DNA of 64,000 nucleotides from the NCBI GenBank assembly GCA_017654855.1, contig CM030332.1, forward strand, positions 2,852,001 through 2,916,000. The letters are read 5' to 3'. This DNA is from Podospora anserina. Its lineage: Eukaryota. Positions 36,489 to 49,726 of the stretch are shown here, in pieces; position 1 is the first letter of the stretch; each line of letters starts with the position of its first letter. A program made the position numbers and the translations under genes. The notes under the pieces are model-generated. The model was not told the origin of the DNA, searched no databases, and saw only the letters and a program-made list of their open reading frames with translations.

Positions 36489-39238
36489 ATGGATTACTAT
36501 CGCGATTCGGCCCGCTCTCCGGGTGACCGCGCTTGGAGTGGCCGCGACGAACCGAGAATCAAGGAGGACAGACCAGACAGTTTCTACCGGAGCAGATCTC
36601 CAGGTACGTTGCCTGGATACTTTTGTCTTTACGTTGACTAACCCGCTGCGCTCAGGGAATGACCGCAGTCGCCGTCGGTCGAGATCCCCCCCTGCCGTTG
36701 ATCGATACGAACCGAGAAGCCGCGGTGGCCGTGAGGATTATGCTAGTGGCAGAGATCGCGGTGACCGTGACGATCGCCGCCGAATGGTTTCTCCCCCTGC
36801 GAATATCGACCGTTATGTCCCAGGTCAAGAAGCGGCCGCGCCCATGCCACTTGCAAACCCAATTCAAGATCCTTTGAAGCTGCCCTACCAGGTGGGCTTT
36901 TCCTACTTTGGCGAATGGTGGAGAGCGAACGAGAAAATCAAGGAGGAGAAGGAGCGACTCAGAACTGGTCGTCGCCGGGAGCCAGAGCGCGTTCGGAGTG
37001 CCCGCGAAGCCCAGGAGGAGCGAGACAAGGAAAAGGCCAAGATTCAAGTTGCCTATGACGCCTACAAGGAAGATCTTCAGGCAAAGATGGCTCAGAATTT
37101 CGTCAAGCTGCACAAAGAGGAGCAGTGGTTCAGGGAGCGCTACGTCCCGGGAATCAGGGACGCCTTCCGCCAACAGTTGCAAGGGCACCGGCGTGAAGCA
37201 TACGCTCAATGGGAGCAGGACCTCAACAATGGCGTCTTTGATGAACTTTCGTTGGAGGGCATACCCAAGAGTGAGAGCAATGGTGCCGGTGGAGTTGTAG
37301 AAAAGGAGGAAGGTGAAGCCACCGCTGCTAGCGAGGTTCTCGGCGTCGGTGACCTGGTGCCCGTCAGTAGCGATGTAAGAGACGACAGTCTTTACCAGCC
37401 AACCTTACTCATCAAGACCATTGCCCCCTCGGTTAGTCGTCAGAATCTGGAGGCGTTTTGCAAAGAGTATCTCGGAGAAGGTGAGGGCGGGTTTAAGTGG
37501 TTGTCACTGAGCGACCCCAACCCCAGCAAACGCTTTCACCGTATTGGCTGGATTATGCTCAATCCCGCCTCCGAAGCGCCTGCGTCCGAGGATGGGGACA
37601 CCAAAGATGAAGACGGTGACATCGAACCTCCCGTCATGTCAACTGCCGAGAAGGCCCTCGAAGCTATCAACGGCAAGACTGTCAAGGATGAGCAGCGAGG
37701 TGATTTCATCTGCCACGTTGGTGTGCACAACCCGCCGGCCAACCCAAGAAAGAAGGCCCTCTGGGATCTCTTCTCTGCTCCCGAGCGTATCCACAAGGAC
37801 CTTGAATTGGCCACAGATTTGATCCACAAGTTCGAAAGTGATTTCGGCTCTGATTTCAATGCCAGTCTCCATATTGAGGAGCATGTCGAACAGTTGCGGG
37901 CTAACGGGCAACTCCAACCTGCTGTCGCTGCTGCTCCCGTCAAAAAGCCAAAGGTAGAGCGATCTCTCGATGCCGATGAAGCTATGGACGCAGAGGTTGA
38001 GGAGGGAGAGGAGGGAGCGGTCGATGATGGAGAAGATGAGGATGAAGGTATGGTGGACGATGAAGTTGACGATATCGACTTGCTAGTTGCAAAGAAGCGA
38101 CTTGATCTCTCCATCGAATATCTCCGCCGCACCTTCAACTTCTGCTTCTTCTGCGTGTTTGAAAGCGACTCTATCCATGAGTTGACGAGAAAGTGCCCCG
38201 GTGGCCATCTCCGTAGACCTCGCAGCACTCTCTCGTCCACTGCCAAAGCTGTTGCTCGAGCGAGCGCAAACGGCGACCCCTTCCCGTCCAAGAAGCGTAA
38301 GGAAGCGGAAGACGTCGAAGAGGGCGAGGCTCCCGAAGCTGAGCGCAAGTTTAAGACATCCTCCAAGACGGAGCAACAGCTCCAACGCGCCTACAACTGG
38401 GTGAAGACCTTTGAGGAGAAGATCAAGCAGATCCTTGCACCGGAAACTGTCGATCTCAGAAAGCTCGGTGGCAAACCGGTTGAGGATGCTGTCAACGATG
38501 AGCTTGGAAAGTATGTCAAGCAGGAGGATGAGCACAAGTGGCGCTGCCGAGTGCCTGAGTGTACAAAGCTCTTCAAGGAGGAGCATTTTTGGAAGAAGCA
38601 CGTGGAGAAGCGTCATCCGGAGTGGCTGGATAAGCTCAAGGAAGAGGTAAGAATTTCGATGATTTCATATGCCGGTGGTAGTGGCTAACAAACGGGTACA
38701 GTTCGAACTGGTCAATGCCTACGTTATTGACCCTGCGCATATTGCGCCTTCTCGTACCGATGCCAACTCCAACGGGCACTTCCCTCCGTCCGGCGGCCAG
38801 CAGCCGACGGGCACTCCCCGCGGGTTCAATCTCCAGAACTACGCCATGAACAATATGCTCAACTTTGGGACCTTCCCAGCCATGCCTCTGCTCAACATGA
38901 TGGGCGGTGCTGGCAACATGAATGCGGCTGGTTGGCAGCACGGAGGCGGCGATGATCGTGGTGGCGGTCCTATTCGACGGGGTGGCCCTCAGGGGGGCAA
39001 CCGTCCTCAGAGCCGATCACACCCGTATGAACGCCGCGGTGGTAATCGACCCTATGGCGGTCCCGAGGGTGCTGGAGGCCCACCAGGAGGTCGTGGTCGT
39101 GGAGGCCCAAGTAACAGATGGGGTGACGGCGGTGTTACTACCACTGGTCCGCGTGAGGCTGTCCAGGGGCGCACCCTCAAGAGCTACGAAGACCTGGATC
39201 AGGTGTCTGGTGGTGGCGGTGGGGAGCTCAACTACTGA
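36489..39238 (+). CDS. ARS2/SERRATE (Pir2-like) cap-binding-complex adaptor
   Basis: Exons 36489-36603, 36656-38646, 38702-39238; RS/RD-rich N-terminus, HKEEQWFRERY, LDLSIEYLRRTF, C2H2 finger KWRCRVPECTKLFKEEHFWKKHVEKRH, terminal SYEDLD. Confidence 0.88.
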
Positions 39239-39373
39239 GAAAAGGTGATTTTCTCTTTGGCATCACCCCTAAGCTCCCTCCCCCCCCCGCTTGCAGCCTT
39301 GTTGTGGGCATGAAGTGTTGTTTTTCACACCGAGGCTAGCTCGACCAGAAACCAAGGTTCAAAGGGAAGGGTG

Positions 39374-39393
39374 TTTTTTTTTTTTTTTTTTTT
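39374..39393 (+). repeat. Poly(T)20 tract in the ARS2 3' region
   Basis: 20 consecutive T. Confidence 0.9.
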
Positions 39394-40642
39394 GCTTTCG
39401 TTTCAGTTTGCGCTTCAGCTCATTCTTCAAATTATTCTGCGTGTTTTTTTCTCTTTTCAAACTACCCAAGTTTCATTCCTATCACTGCACAATATCATAT
39501 CGTATGTCGTCATTCATCACCCCCCCACAGTGTTTTTTATTGCGTTTTGAGAAGTTTTTTTGTCGTGTACCATTAGGGAAGCACTCTCTTTCTTCTTTTT
39601 GGCTGGTTTCTCTCTACTACTAGTCGTCCTTTTGATCTGGGTTTCTTAATTTGTCTCGAGGCGAAAATTGGCGAATAAGGGGCGGGGGGATTATTCAGGT
39701 GTGCAGTTGGAGGTTTAGTTTTGTGTGTTGTTGTTTTTTTATCTCATTAAATATTACCAAATTTGCATTGTTAACATCATGTGCTGAGTGACTAGATTAT
39801 GTTTGGGGTAGAAGTAGTTCATAACTTGATGTTGTTGTTGGTTGTGAGGTCTATGATGTTGGGGACTGAATGCTTGGCTTTGACCCCCCCTCCTTTTTGG
39901 AAGTAAACAATTAACGTTAACCCCCCCGGCAACCTACCCTCAACCCGCAGAATCGGGTTTGAATGCATGAGGCGGTATCATGTTTTTGCGCGCCACAGCA
40001 AAACCCCCTTCTTCTACACTCACTGTTGCCTTATTTCGGCTCTTGATATATCAGACGCAGATGTGGTGGTCCTTGAAATTCAGTACGTCCCGCTTTACAT
40101 GAGAATAGGTAGGCAAGACCTGAGCGCGAGTGACAGTTCAGATTGCAAATGTTGCTTCTGCCATAACGTTAACAAGGGTTTACACTACATGGTGGTGTCA
40201 TGTCTGCACCCAAATTTTCCAATGACCTTTTGTTGTACCTAACCGTGGCATTTCACTTGGGTCGCATCTCTGGACAGGATCACACATAGCCCTCTCTCTG
40301 CACTTGTCGCTATTGTGCTTGATGACTATATTCTTTCCATGTCAATAGAAGTGAGGGTACAAAACGATACATACATCAAGGTATTTGAGAAGCTCCCTCC
40401 GCTATGACTACATAACAAATACACAGTAAACTTCTCGCAATCCTGGCAAGTTCATCAGATAAGATGATTAACACGATGGCATCCTTCATAGCCCGAGGCA
40501 CTCTTATCACACACTTTTATCCCACATAGCAGAGCTACACATATATTCATTGCCCAGGGTATCTATCCCCCCAAGCAAACATTGTATATTCCATTTTTCA
40601 TTACAACTTTTTAACCCTTTCTGTCACAAAAGTTAATGTAGT

Positions 40643-42443
40643 CTACCTGCTCAAGGCGATATCATCAATCCGCAAAATCATCTTCACCGTCTCCGCCGCC
40701 AACTCAATCGCGCTCGTGCTCACCAACAATGGCTGCAGCACATTCTCCTTTGAAATATCCGAGTTGACACCCCCGCTCTTGATACTGACACCAGCATTTT
40801 TCTCGCCCATCTCGTGCTTGTGGCGCAGGGCAGTCACAACCTTGATGCTGTTCAACCCGGCGTTTTCCGCAAGAGTAGTGGGAATAACCTCCATAGCGTC
40901 GGCAAAGGCCTTCCAGCAGATGGCCTCGGTGCCGGTCAAGGCACGTGCTTGCTTGTTGAGCTGGGCGGCAATTTCAATTTCGGCGGCACCGCCACCGGCG
41001 ATGAGAGCCTTCTTCTTGACGAGGCAGCGGACGACGCAGAGGGCATCGTGGAGGGAGCGCTCAGCCTCGTCGAGGATGAGAGCGTTGGCGCCGCGGACGA
41101 CGACTGAGATGGTCTTGCCGGTGGACTTGCAGCCGGTGACCTTGACCATCTTGCTGCCAGAGGACTGAACCTCCTCAACAAGGTCAGCGGAGCCAAGCTT
41201 GTCCTCAGTGAAGCTGTCAATGTCGGCGATGGGCTTGCAGCCGGTGGACTTGCAGATGAACTCGACTTCGTCACGCTCAATGTCCTTGACGACGAGGATG
41301 CCGAGGCGCTGAAGGAAGTGGAGGGAGAGGTCGTTGACGGCGTCGCGGAGGATAGACTTTTGAATGAAGAGAACGTTGCACTTGGCCTTCTTGATCTTCT
41401 TGACCATGTTGAGGAGGTACATGCGCTCCTCCTTGACGATCTTATCCATTTGTCTGTAGTCGTTGACCTGGATGGTGTTTTCCATCTGTTGCAGTGATTA
41501 GCTAACGTAGTCCCAGGTAAGAAAGCATAGTCATAGAACATACATCAGGCTTAGGAGGGCTGAGCTGGAACTGAATAAGACCGATCTTGGCCTTCTCCAT
41601 CCTTATGGGCCCTCCCGCGCTCTTGATCACTGGCTGTGTGAGAACCAAACCGTCCACCAACTCGCTGTCTTCTATCGTCCCGCCGACCTTCTTGATAATG
41701 CGAATATTCCTCAGGTCGACGTTATCTGCCGTCTTAAGGTCGATCGTCTTGGTAACAGCGTTGACGGCCATTGGGCCGAGGAGGTTGGAGTATTGGGACA
41801 CAATCTTGGAGGACAGCGAGGTGTTGGCGGCTTGAAGGAGGGAGGAGGTGTCGGTAAGGGCGATAGGTTGTGACATCTCATGCAAGACCTTGACCGCGGC
41901 GGCGGCGGCTCTTTGGAAAGACTCTGAGATGACGGAGGGGTGGATGCCCTTGGCGAGAAGGCGGTCGGCGGCGCCCAACAAGCTGCCGCAGATAACGACG
42001 ACTGAGGTGGTTCCGTCACCGGCTTCGACATCTTGGGCGTTGGAAAGTTGGACAAGCATCTTGGCTGTGGGATGCATGACGGCCATGCTCTTCAACATTG
42101 TGCTGCCATCGTTGGTGATGATGGTCTCCCCCTTTCCGCTGCGGATCATCTTGTCCATGCCCCTTGGGCCCAGCGATGTCCGGACGGCATCGGCAAGAGC
42201 TACGAATAGTTAGACCTGGAAGACACCGACGTATAGTACTGTTGTATATAATTAGAGGCATACCTCTGGCGGCGACGATGTTGGCGGAACGGACGGCCAA
42301 CGGCTTCTCCTTGTCCTATGGCGGGGGTCAGCCAGAGCTCCAGCGCGACTCGACGGAGCCCTGCAAATAGGGGCTGGCAGTTGGGTACATACCCTGAAGG
42401 TGGCATTGCTGGGACCAGCGGCGGCTGGTGCTACGGCAGCCAT
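40643..42443 (-). CDS. CCT4: T-complex protein 1 subunit delta
   Basis: [55 protein letters not shown]; three introns. Confidence 0.97.
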
Positions 42444-42571
42444 TTTGTAGATATGAAGGTTGGATCGAGGGGGGGTACTCGGTCGAGGCGGTCAAGGGTT
42501 GTGCAGTTTGGCGGTGGTGGTGATGGCGGTGTTGCGATAACTTATTAGTGCCCCTCTGTTTGCTTGTAGGC

Positions 42572-42780
42572 AGCTCCTTCTCCCCAGGCTACGCTTCAAA
42601 GGTGGGACGGGAATTTTTCCTGTCGGGTGTTGGAGTTCTTCCCGCCGCCAGCAGCTTCCCCCACTGTTTCCTTGGGGGGGAGGTGGCCCGGGCGTTCACA
42701 CGGCAGCCGGGGAACACCCAGTTCCACCGCGCTAGCTGTAATGGGACTAGGCCCTTTTCAGCCTCGCAGCCGGGGGAGCT
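42572..42780. promoter_or_regulatory. Two GGAGCT elements in the divergent CCT4/RPT1 promoter (candidate Rpn4 sites)
   Basis: AGCTCC at 42572-42577 and GGAGCT at 42775-42780; GGAGCT is the proteasome-gene motif described for filamentous ascomycetes. Confidence 0.4.
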
Positions 42781-43042
42781 CTGGGCGGGCCCAAGGCAGC
42801 ATGGATTACGGAACTGCTGCTTGGTGTTGCTTCCTCTGCGTTCGTTGAATCCATGGCGACTTTCCCTCTCCCATCATCACCCAACCACCACACAACCACT
42901 TGACGACTATTCTGCACCGAGGAATCGCGCCTGGTCCCAAGTAATAAGCGACTTCAACTAGTTTTGTCCGGTGCACTCTCTCCGATTTCCAAACACAACA
43001 CATTCCAGAAATCCAGCAGCTTACCCATCGACAGCCGTCATT

Positions 43043-44578
43043 ATGGTACGCATGTCCATTGACCCAATCGTCGCTCGAGTTCCCACTCGTCGCCACCACC
43101 CGCTGCCAGCACTTTAGAAATGCTAACTTCTCTCTACTTTAGCCTTCTGCCACAGGTGCCAACTGGGAAAAGTACCAAAAGAAATTCGGCGATGACGAGA
43201 TAGAAGAGAAGAAGATCACGCCCCTCACCGATGAGTCCGTTGCCCTCGACCCACCAACACCGATGCGCAACTTGAGCTAACCTCCGCAAAGAGATATCCA
43301 GGTTCTCAAGACCTATGGCGCCGCGCCATATGGTTCCGCCATCAAGAAGCTAGAGCAGCAAATAAAGGAGAAACAGCAGAGCGTGGATGACAAGATTGGT
43401 GTCAAGGTAGGCAGCGGTGCACTTGCGTCTAGCGGACCCAGAAACTTATACATGTTGTCTCTATACAGGAATCAGATACCGGTCTCGCACCACCTCACCT
43501 TTGGGATATCGCCGCCGATCGTCAACGAATGTCCGAGGAGCAACCTCTTCAGGTAGCGAGATGCACCAAGATTATTCAGGACGACAAGGACGAGGCGAAG
43601 TCGAAATATGTCATCAACGTCAAGCAGATAGCAAAGTTTGTCGTGAATCTCGGCGAGCGCGTCAGTCCAACGGATATCGAAGAGGGAATGCGGGTTGGTG
43701 TCGACAGAAACAAGTACCAGATCCTTCTCCCACTGCCGCCCAAGATCGACGCCAGTGTCACCATGATGACGGTCGAAGAGAAGCCCGATGTTACATACGG
43801 CGATGTTGGTGGTTGCAAGGAGCAGGTGGAAAAGCTCCGCGAGGTTGTCGAGATGCCCCTGCTTTCGCCCGAACGGTTCGGCAACTTGGGCATTGACCCC
43901 CCCAAGGGTGCCCTTCTTTACGGCCCTCCCGGTACCGGCAAGACCCTCTGCGCTCGTGCGGTAGCCAACCGAACAGACGCCACCTTCATCCGTGTGATTG
44001 GATCCGAGTTGGTTCAAAAGTACGTTGGTGAGGGTGCCAGGATGGTGCGTGAGCTGTTTGAGATGGCGCGGACGAAGAAGGCCTGCATTATCTTCTTTGA
44101 CGAGATTGACGCCATTGGTGGTGCTCGTTTTGATGACGGTGCGGGCGGTGACAATGAAGTCCAGAGAACCATGCTGGAGCTCATTACTCAACTGGACGGT
44201 TTCGACGCTAGAGGCAACATCAAAGTCATGTTTGCCACCAACAGACCTTCGACTCTCGACCCTGCTCTTATGAGACCGGGTCGTATCGACCGCAAGATTG
44301 AGTTTGCTCTTCCCGATCTCGAGGGCCGGGCCAACATTCTGAGGATTCACGCCAAGAGCATGTCGGTGGAGAGGGACATCAGATGGGAACTCATCTCGCG
44401 GTTGTGCCCCAATGCTACGGGTGCTGAGCTGCGCAGTGTGTGCACGGAGGCGGGCATGTTTGCTATCCGCGCGAGGAGGAAGGTGGCGACCGAGAAGGAC
44501 TTCTTGGATGCGGTGGACAAGGTGATCAAGGGTAACCACAAGTTTAACTCTACTGCGGCTTATGCGCAGTATAACTAA
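43043..44578 (+). CDS. RPT1: 26S proteasome AAA-ATPase subunit Rpt1 (PSMC2)
   Basis: ATG-only first exon (43043-45), three introns; [43 protein letters not shown]. Confidence 0.97.
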
Positions 44579-45501
44579 AGGGTTAAGGGGGTTGTTATGG
44601 GGAGCAGGGACGTTGTGTGTGTTTTCGGGTTGTGTATGACTAGAAAGGTTAATAATTTACCTGAGAAAGTTGACTTAGAGTAGGGTGGGGGATGAAGTAG
44701 GAGTTGAAGACAATAAACAAGCGAAGATTATTAACATGTTTGAAGTCTAGTGGTGTATTCAAATGTTTGTGGGTATATGTTAGCTCCAATTTGTTGCCTG
44801 CCATTTATACCTCTACGCTGATGTCGTGAAAACGCTAAACCCACACGCAATGCTTTCCTCCCGTTGCTATGCTCATCATGCGTTTCCCACCTCTTGACTA
44901 TGTACAAAATCATAACAAGTGAAAAGAACTATGTATCATAATCTACCCTCACATGCTGCTGCTGCTGGTCCGCTTTGGGGGCAGGTTTCTTTGCTACCCA
45001 AACAAGTCTCCATTCCCAATCAAGCCTCCTCCTACACATGGACCGTTCGTTTCCCCTTGTTGTGTGGCTATTTTCCAGCCATTATTATGTACAATTTCCT
45101 CAACAATATGCCCTCCTCCCCGGACAGGGCCTGTTTGTCCTCCTGGGCTGGGACCAACTTTGCGTGCTTCTATAAGCCTGATATTGGGATGTTTGTCGCC
45201 GGAAAGGGGGTAGTGTCGTTTCTTGCCGTGTCCTCCAATGTCACCCAGTAAACATCCCAGAGGGAACATTTGTCCAGATACACGCTTCTCTACCACATCC
45301 ACATCCTTGTTGTTGGAAGGTGGTTTTTCGTCGTTCTGGGAGGTTGATCCTCCTCGTCGGTGGTGATACTCCAGCACTCGCCTCCTTCCTAGCCCCCATC
45401 CCTCATTAGGTACCGAACCAAAAACCAGAATATATCCCCCTGCCAGAAACGCCCAAGATTTTTGCCTTTTATATTTCCTCCGATACCATATTTTCCCCCT
45501 T

Positions 45502-46323
45502 TCAACCCTCCACAAATGGTAAACACCCCAAACAAACCACATCCCCATCCTGGCCCCTTTCAACGCAACACCTGCTGCAGACCATCTTCCTGTGCCCAGC
45601 CCCACCCCCTTTTGTTGTCCAGCCTCCACTTTCTACTGGTGGTGGTGGTTGTTGCTCCTCAGCAGAATCAACATCAATCATTGTAAACGACGGCTCTGTC
45701 TGTAATGATAGTGGTGGTGGTGGTTGCTGGGACGGTGGACTCCAACCAAGACACTCCCTTATGCACACGTAGCACGTCCGCTGACCACATCCTTGACAAT
45801 CGGCGAAGCTGTCCAAGTCGGATTTCTTGGTTGGTTTGCGGGAGCAGATGTGGCAGGGGGTTAGGAGGGAGGTTTTGCTGGCTAGGTTTGGTCGGGGTTT
45901 TGCTGGGAGTGTTTCCTCTTCTTCTTTTTGGTGGAATTTGCTGGTGATATCGTGTTGTCTTTTTGGGTCAAGTTCAATGTCGACTGAGGTCATTCGTTGG
46001 CGTTTGGAAGAAAGGGGGATCATTTTCCTGGTGTTGGTTGCCAGGGGGGATAGGTTGCTGCTGCTGCTGCTGCTGCCATGGTGGTAGTGGTGGTAGTTGT
46101 CTGGGTAGATGTTGTGGTGGTGGTGGGAGCTGTAGACAGCATGGTTAGTGGCAGCGGCGGCAGCGGTGGAGTTCGCGAGAAGACTCGCGTACAATGTGAA
46201 TTGCTGGGTGCTGTCATCGCGATCGTCGTCTCGTCTCCGCTTCTTGCACGGGACAGAGGGGGGGGACGAGGTGTTGGTGGTTTCTTGGGCGATGGACGGC
46301 ATGTTGTTGTTCCCCTTGGCCAT
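45502..46323 (-). CDS. Uncharacterised protein with C-terminal multi-Cys zinc finger (SIVA-like pattern)
   Basis: Intronless ORF, first ATG 46323; KKRRR NLS-like motif; CHIC, CQGC, CYVC, C..H, CSRC, CLGC. Confidence 0.8.
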   Translation of the reverse strand: MAKGNNNMPSIAQETTNTSSPPSVPCKKRRRDDDRDDSTQQFTLYASLLANSTAAAAATNHAVYSSHHHHNIYPDNYHHYHHGSSSSSSNLSPLATNTRKMIPLSSKRQRMTSVDIELDPKRQHDITSKFHQKEEEETLPAKPRPNLASKTSLLTPCHICSRKPTKKSDLDSFADCQGCGQRTCYVCIRECLGWSPPSQQPPPPLSLQTEPSFTMIDVDSAEEQQPPPPVESGGWTTKGGGAGHRKMVCSRCCVERGQDGDVVCLGCLPFVEG

Positions 46324-47393
46324 TAAACACGCTTGCTGTTGCTGGTGGAGGCGAAGGAGGTGCGGCGACAGGGCGGCAGAAAATGGCAAATGGCAAGCTC
46401 ATTAAAGTCGGAATAATCTCATCGAAGAAAATGGAACAAGGAGCGAAGTTGAGTTGAATGGGGGTGGGAGAGCGGAGGCGAAGATGGTTCTAAGCTTCCA
46501 GGATCCGCCTTCCTCCGTCGGGTGCGCTGACGCTTTGCTGTGCAGATCCGATGGGAGTCACGTAAAGTGCAAAGTGCGCTGCTGTGGTGAAATGGCAGTT
46601 GTTGCTGGGCAGAATTTTGGTGGTCGATTTATTAATTGCTGCTAGGTGCTGGCCCTGGCTTGTTGTAGCGAGCAACCCACCCACTCAGAGCCCAGATAAA
46701 TCGAGACACTTCACACAATGCCACAGTGACTTGGTACGGTGAAGAAAGGGGGAAGCTGGCGTTGAACAAGTCATTTCCCCCTTCAAAGAACCTCCCACCC
46801 AATGGATAGCTCCTGGCTGAGGTTTTCCTTATGCCAGGGCAAAAGCAGGGCCACCCCCAAAAACCTACGCATCTGACCTGCTAATCAATGATATTAGTGG
46901 ACCCCGAGTTTGGATGACATGGCCGCTACAAGATGCACGACCCAAAAGAGTGCAGAGTGCCAAGCAACCTGGTTCTGATGCCTGATGGTAGGCATGGGAT
47001 ATCGAATGTCATTCACAAAGGCGACAGTTGAAAGCTTATCGAAAGCAGACACGTGTATAGGCGGTGGTAGATGGTTCCAGGAAGGAGCTATTGGGCTTGC
47101 CATTGCGTAGGGTGATCATTGATCGGGATGGCTCCTTTGATGGTGTTATCGAGCGATGCTGGCGTCCACTGCAATTACGCCCATCACGTGGGGGCTAGGC
47201 TTAAACCAGCACCGCCCCACCCGGCCTGTCCTCCAACTTTCGAACTTCTCTCCCTCATCACTCCCGCGTCAACCCGTTCGCTTGGAGCCTCAACGCCTCG
47301 CAACAACTCACCGCGAATCCGCGAACCCATTGACGAAATCCACCCCCATCGAGAGAAAACCCGTGTCGAACATCAGTAAATCGACATCGAGAT

Positions 47394-48087
47394 ATGAGTC
47401 GCGCCAACAAACTTGGCCCGGAGGTTAATCGGTGAGTCGAGAAGACGCAACAAGTGCTGCAAGTTGCTGCACTGCTGTCTCGTTCTTTCAACAATCTCGC
47501 TGCCTTTCTGGTCGCCTTCTCCACCAGGCCCGACAACCAGTTCAACGGCCACCCATCTGGGGGTGACTGTCCACCATCACCACCATTTCCCATCATCGTT
47601 TCCACCATCAAAGATCATTTTTAGAGACATTGGCTAACCATAGTATCCATGGCTAGAGCTTTGTTCGTCAAGAATCTAAGGTATGTATCTTCCACCAATC
47701 GAATGTGTCTTTATCGCCGTCGCAACCCCGACTAACCCCGGACTAGCTACAACGTCACTCCTGAGGAGCTGTTCGATCTCTTCGGCAAGTACGGGCCCAT
47801 TCGCCAGGTCCGCCAGGGCATTGCGAGCAACACCAAGGGCACCGCCTTCGTTGTCTACGAAGATGTTATGGATGCGAAGCAGGCCTGCGACAAACTGAAC
47901 GGCTACAACTTTCAGAACCGTTATCTCGTTGGTATGTTTTGAAGGAGTGCTTATGCCTGTGACGGTCGTACTAATCAGTGACACAGTATTATACCACCAG
48001 CCCGACAAGATGGTCAGGTCAAAAGAGGATTTGGACATCCGCAAGGAGAATCTCGAACGCCTCAAGCGGCAACATGGTATAGATTGA
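47394..48087 (+). CDS. SF3B6: Pre-mRNA branch-site protein p14 (SF3b subunit 6)
   Basis: Exons 47394-47431, 47657-47680, 47747-47931, 47987-48087; [39 protein letters not shown]...[15 protein letters not shown]. Confidence 0.95.
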
Positions 48088-48846
48088 CAGTTAGACGGGC
48101 CTGCGGACAGCTTTCAGAGTCGAAACCGACAGTCTGGAGGCCCGTCTTCTCTGACATCTCCCTCCTCCCCCAACAAGGCGGCTTCGGCGCCCAGGACGCC
48201 AACTTCAAAGACGCCGAGGTCAATCCTCAAAAGGGGCAGGCCCGATATCGCCATGCACGCACGAAAGATGCCGCACTTCGTGCGCAAGCTTCTTCCCACC
48301 GTTCCGGAGTGCGCCTAGCTTCGATATCATTACCCACCACATCATCACTTGTACGGCATAAGTGTACCAAAGGCTGCGTTCAACACTGCAACGTAGCCAG
48401 CAAGCAAACCCATCCTTGCTTTACCTGCCCTCTCAACTCTCTAAAAAAAAACAGCAAACTTGCAACATTTACATCGGGGATTTCTTTAGGCGCGTTCCTT
48501 TTCCAGTCGGGTTGTGTGGCTGGGGGAATATGGGGAATGTTTTTGCCGATTCGGGGTGTTTGGTCTTCATAGGTTCTTTCGGCGCGAGCAAAGGTTATCA
48601 GGCGCAGATTTCAATGCCCTTCTTTTCATCTCAGGGGTTGCTGTTGTTGCTGATATCCATACTGAATCGGGGCGCAAATTGATCACCGGGACTCTGACAT
48701 AGCGTTGGGCTACAGAGAGAATTCCGATGCTTTTCCAACAGTCGTTTTCGGTCTTTTGTTTTGTCTGTCATTTAACTGCTCATGTTTGATTTATTTTCTA
48801 AACGACACCATGTTGATATGATGCAAGTTAGCCTAGCTACGTGTGG

Positions 48847-48874
48847 ATGTATGTATGTATGTATGTATGTATGT
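48847..48874 (+). repeat. (ATGT)7 microsatellite
   Basis: Seven perfect tetranucleotide units. Confidence 0.9.
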
Positions 48875-49726
48875 TGTCTCGCCTCGCCTGCTCGCCTATG
48901 AATATGCATGGCATGTAGTACATGCAATATACCGTGCCGTACACACTGCTCATAGCATTCTACATAAGCACATAAGGTACTGTAGATATCCGAATCCGGA
49001 GGCGGAGTCTCTAACTGGAAGTGGATTCAACTCGCTATCAGATTGTTTCCAGAACCGGGCCGAAGTTGACTTTTGCCGGCAGACAACAGCCAGCAGCCGG
49101 CACACTCCACACTGCCCAGCAATTCTGGAACCGCCATGAATGCCCAGCCGTGGTGGGGCCGTCAGTCTGGCGGGCGCTGTGGGGAACCTCTGCGACCGCT
49201 GAAAGAGTGCGAGCGATAGGGCCAACGGTGCCATGGCCAATGGGGCAGCAGTGTCTCAAGTTGTGGCCTCGCATTGCCTCTCTGCTTTGCGCCGTCGTGC
49301 TGTGTTCCAGGAGAACCCAGGCAGTTACGTTTACAATACAACCGTGGCTCCGACTCCGTCTTATAGTTTTGTTTCGTCGTTTTCCATCTCTTCTGTTCTT
49401 CTCCTCTCTTGAGTCTTTTAAAGCTACCTTGCAGTTTGCTGTCGTGATACCCCAACGCACACCGTCCACACAATCCACTGCATTACATCACTCCAGTCAC
49501 AAGACGCGCACTAAACCACCACGAAGAACCGTCACCAGGCACCTACCAGAGAAGAATACGCCACACAAATCCAAGAGCGATCATCTGATCGAGCCTAGCT
49601 GCTGTGTTGTTATTATCAAAACCTTTTTACCCCGGAAAATAGTCTCCGTTCTAATTCCCAACCAACGCCAAACGCTTGATGAGGTGGTCAGCTCTTAGCC
49701 CCGGACAGCATCTACACCAATCGTAA

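Noticed and set aside
43472-44539. 355-aa antisense ORF over RPT1 (similarly over GCD11, ham-8, the carrier gene and ARS2)
   Set aside because: Expected stop-poor antisense frames from biased codon usage in conserved genes
1686-47190. Scattered CACGTG E-boxes (1686, 3930, 7571, 35705, 47185 and others)
   Set aside because: A 6-mer palindrome at roughly chance frequency; enrichment cannot be shown here
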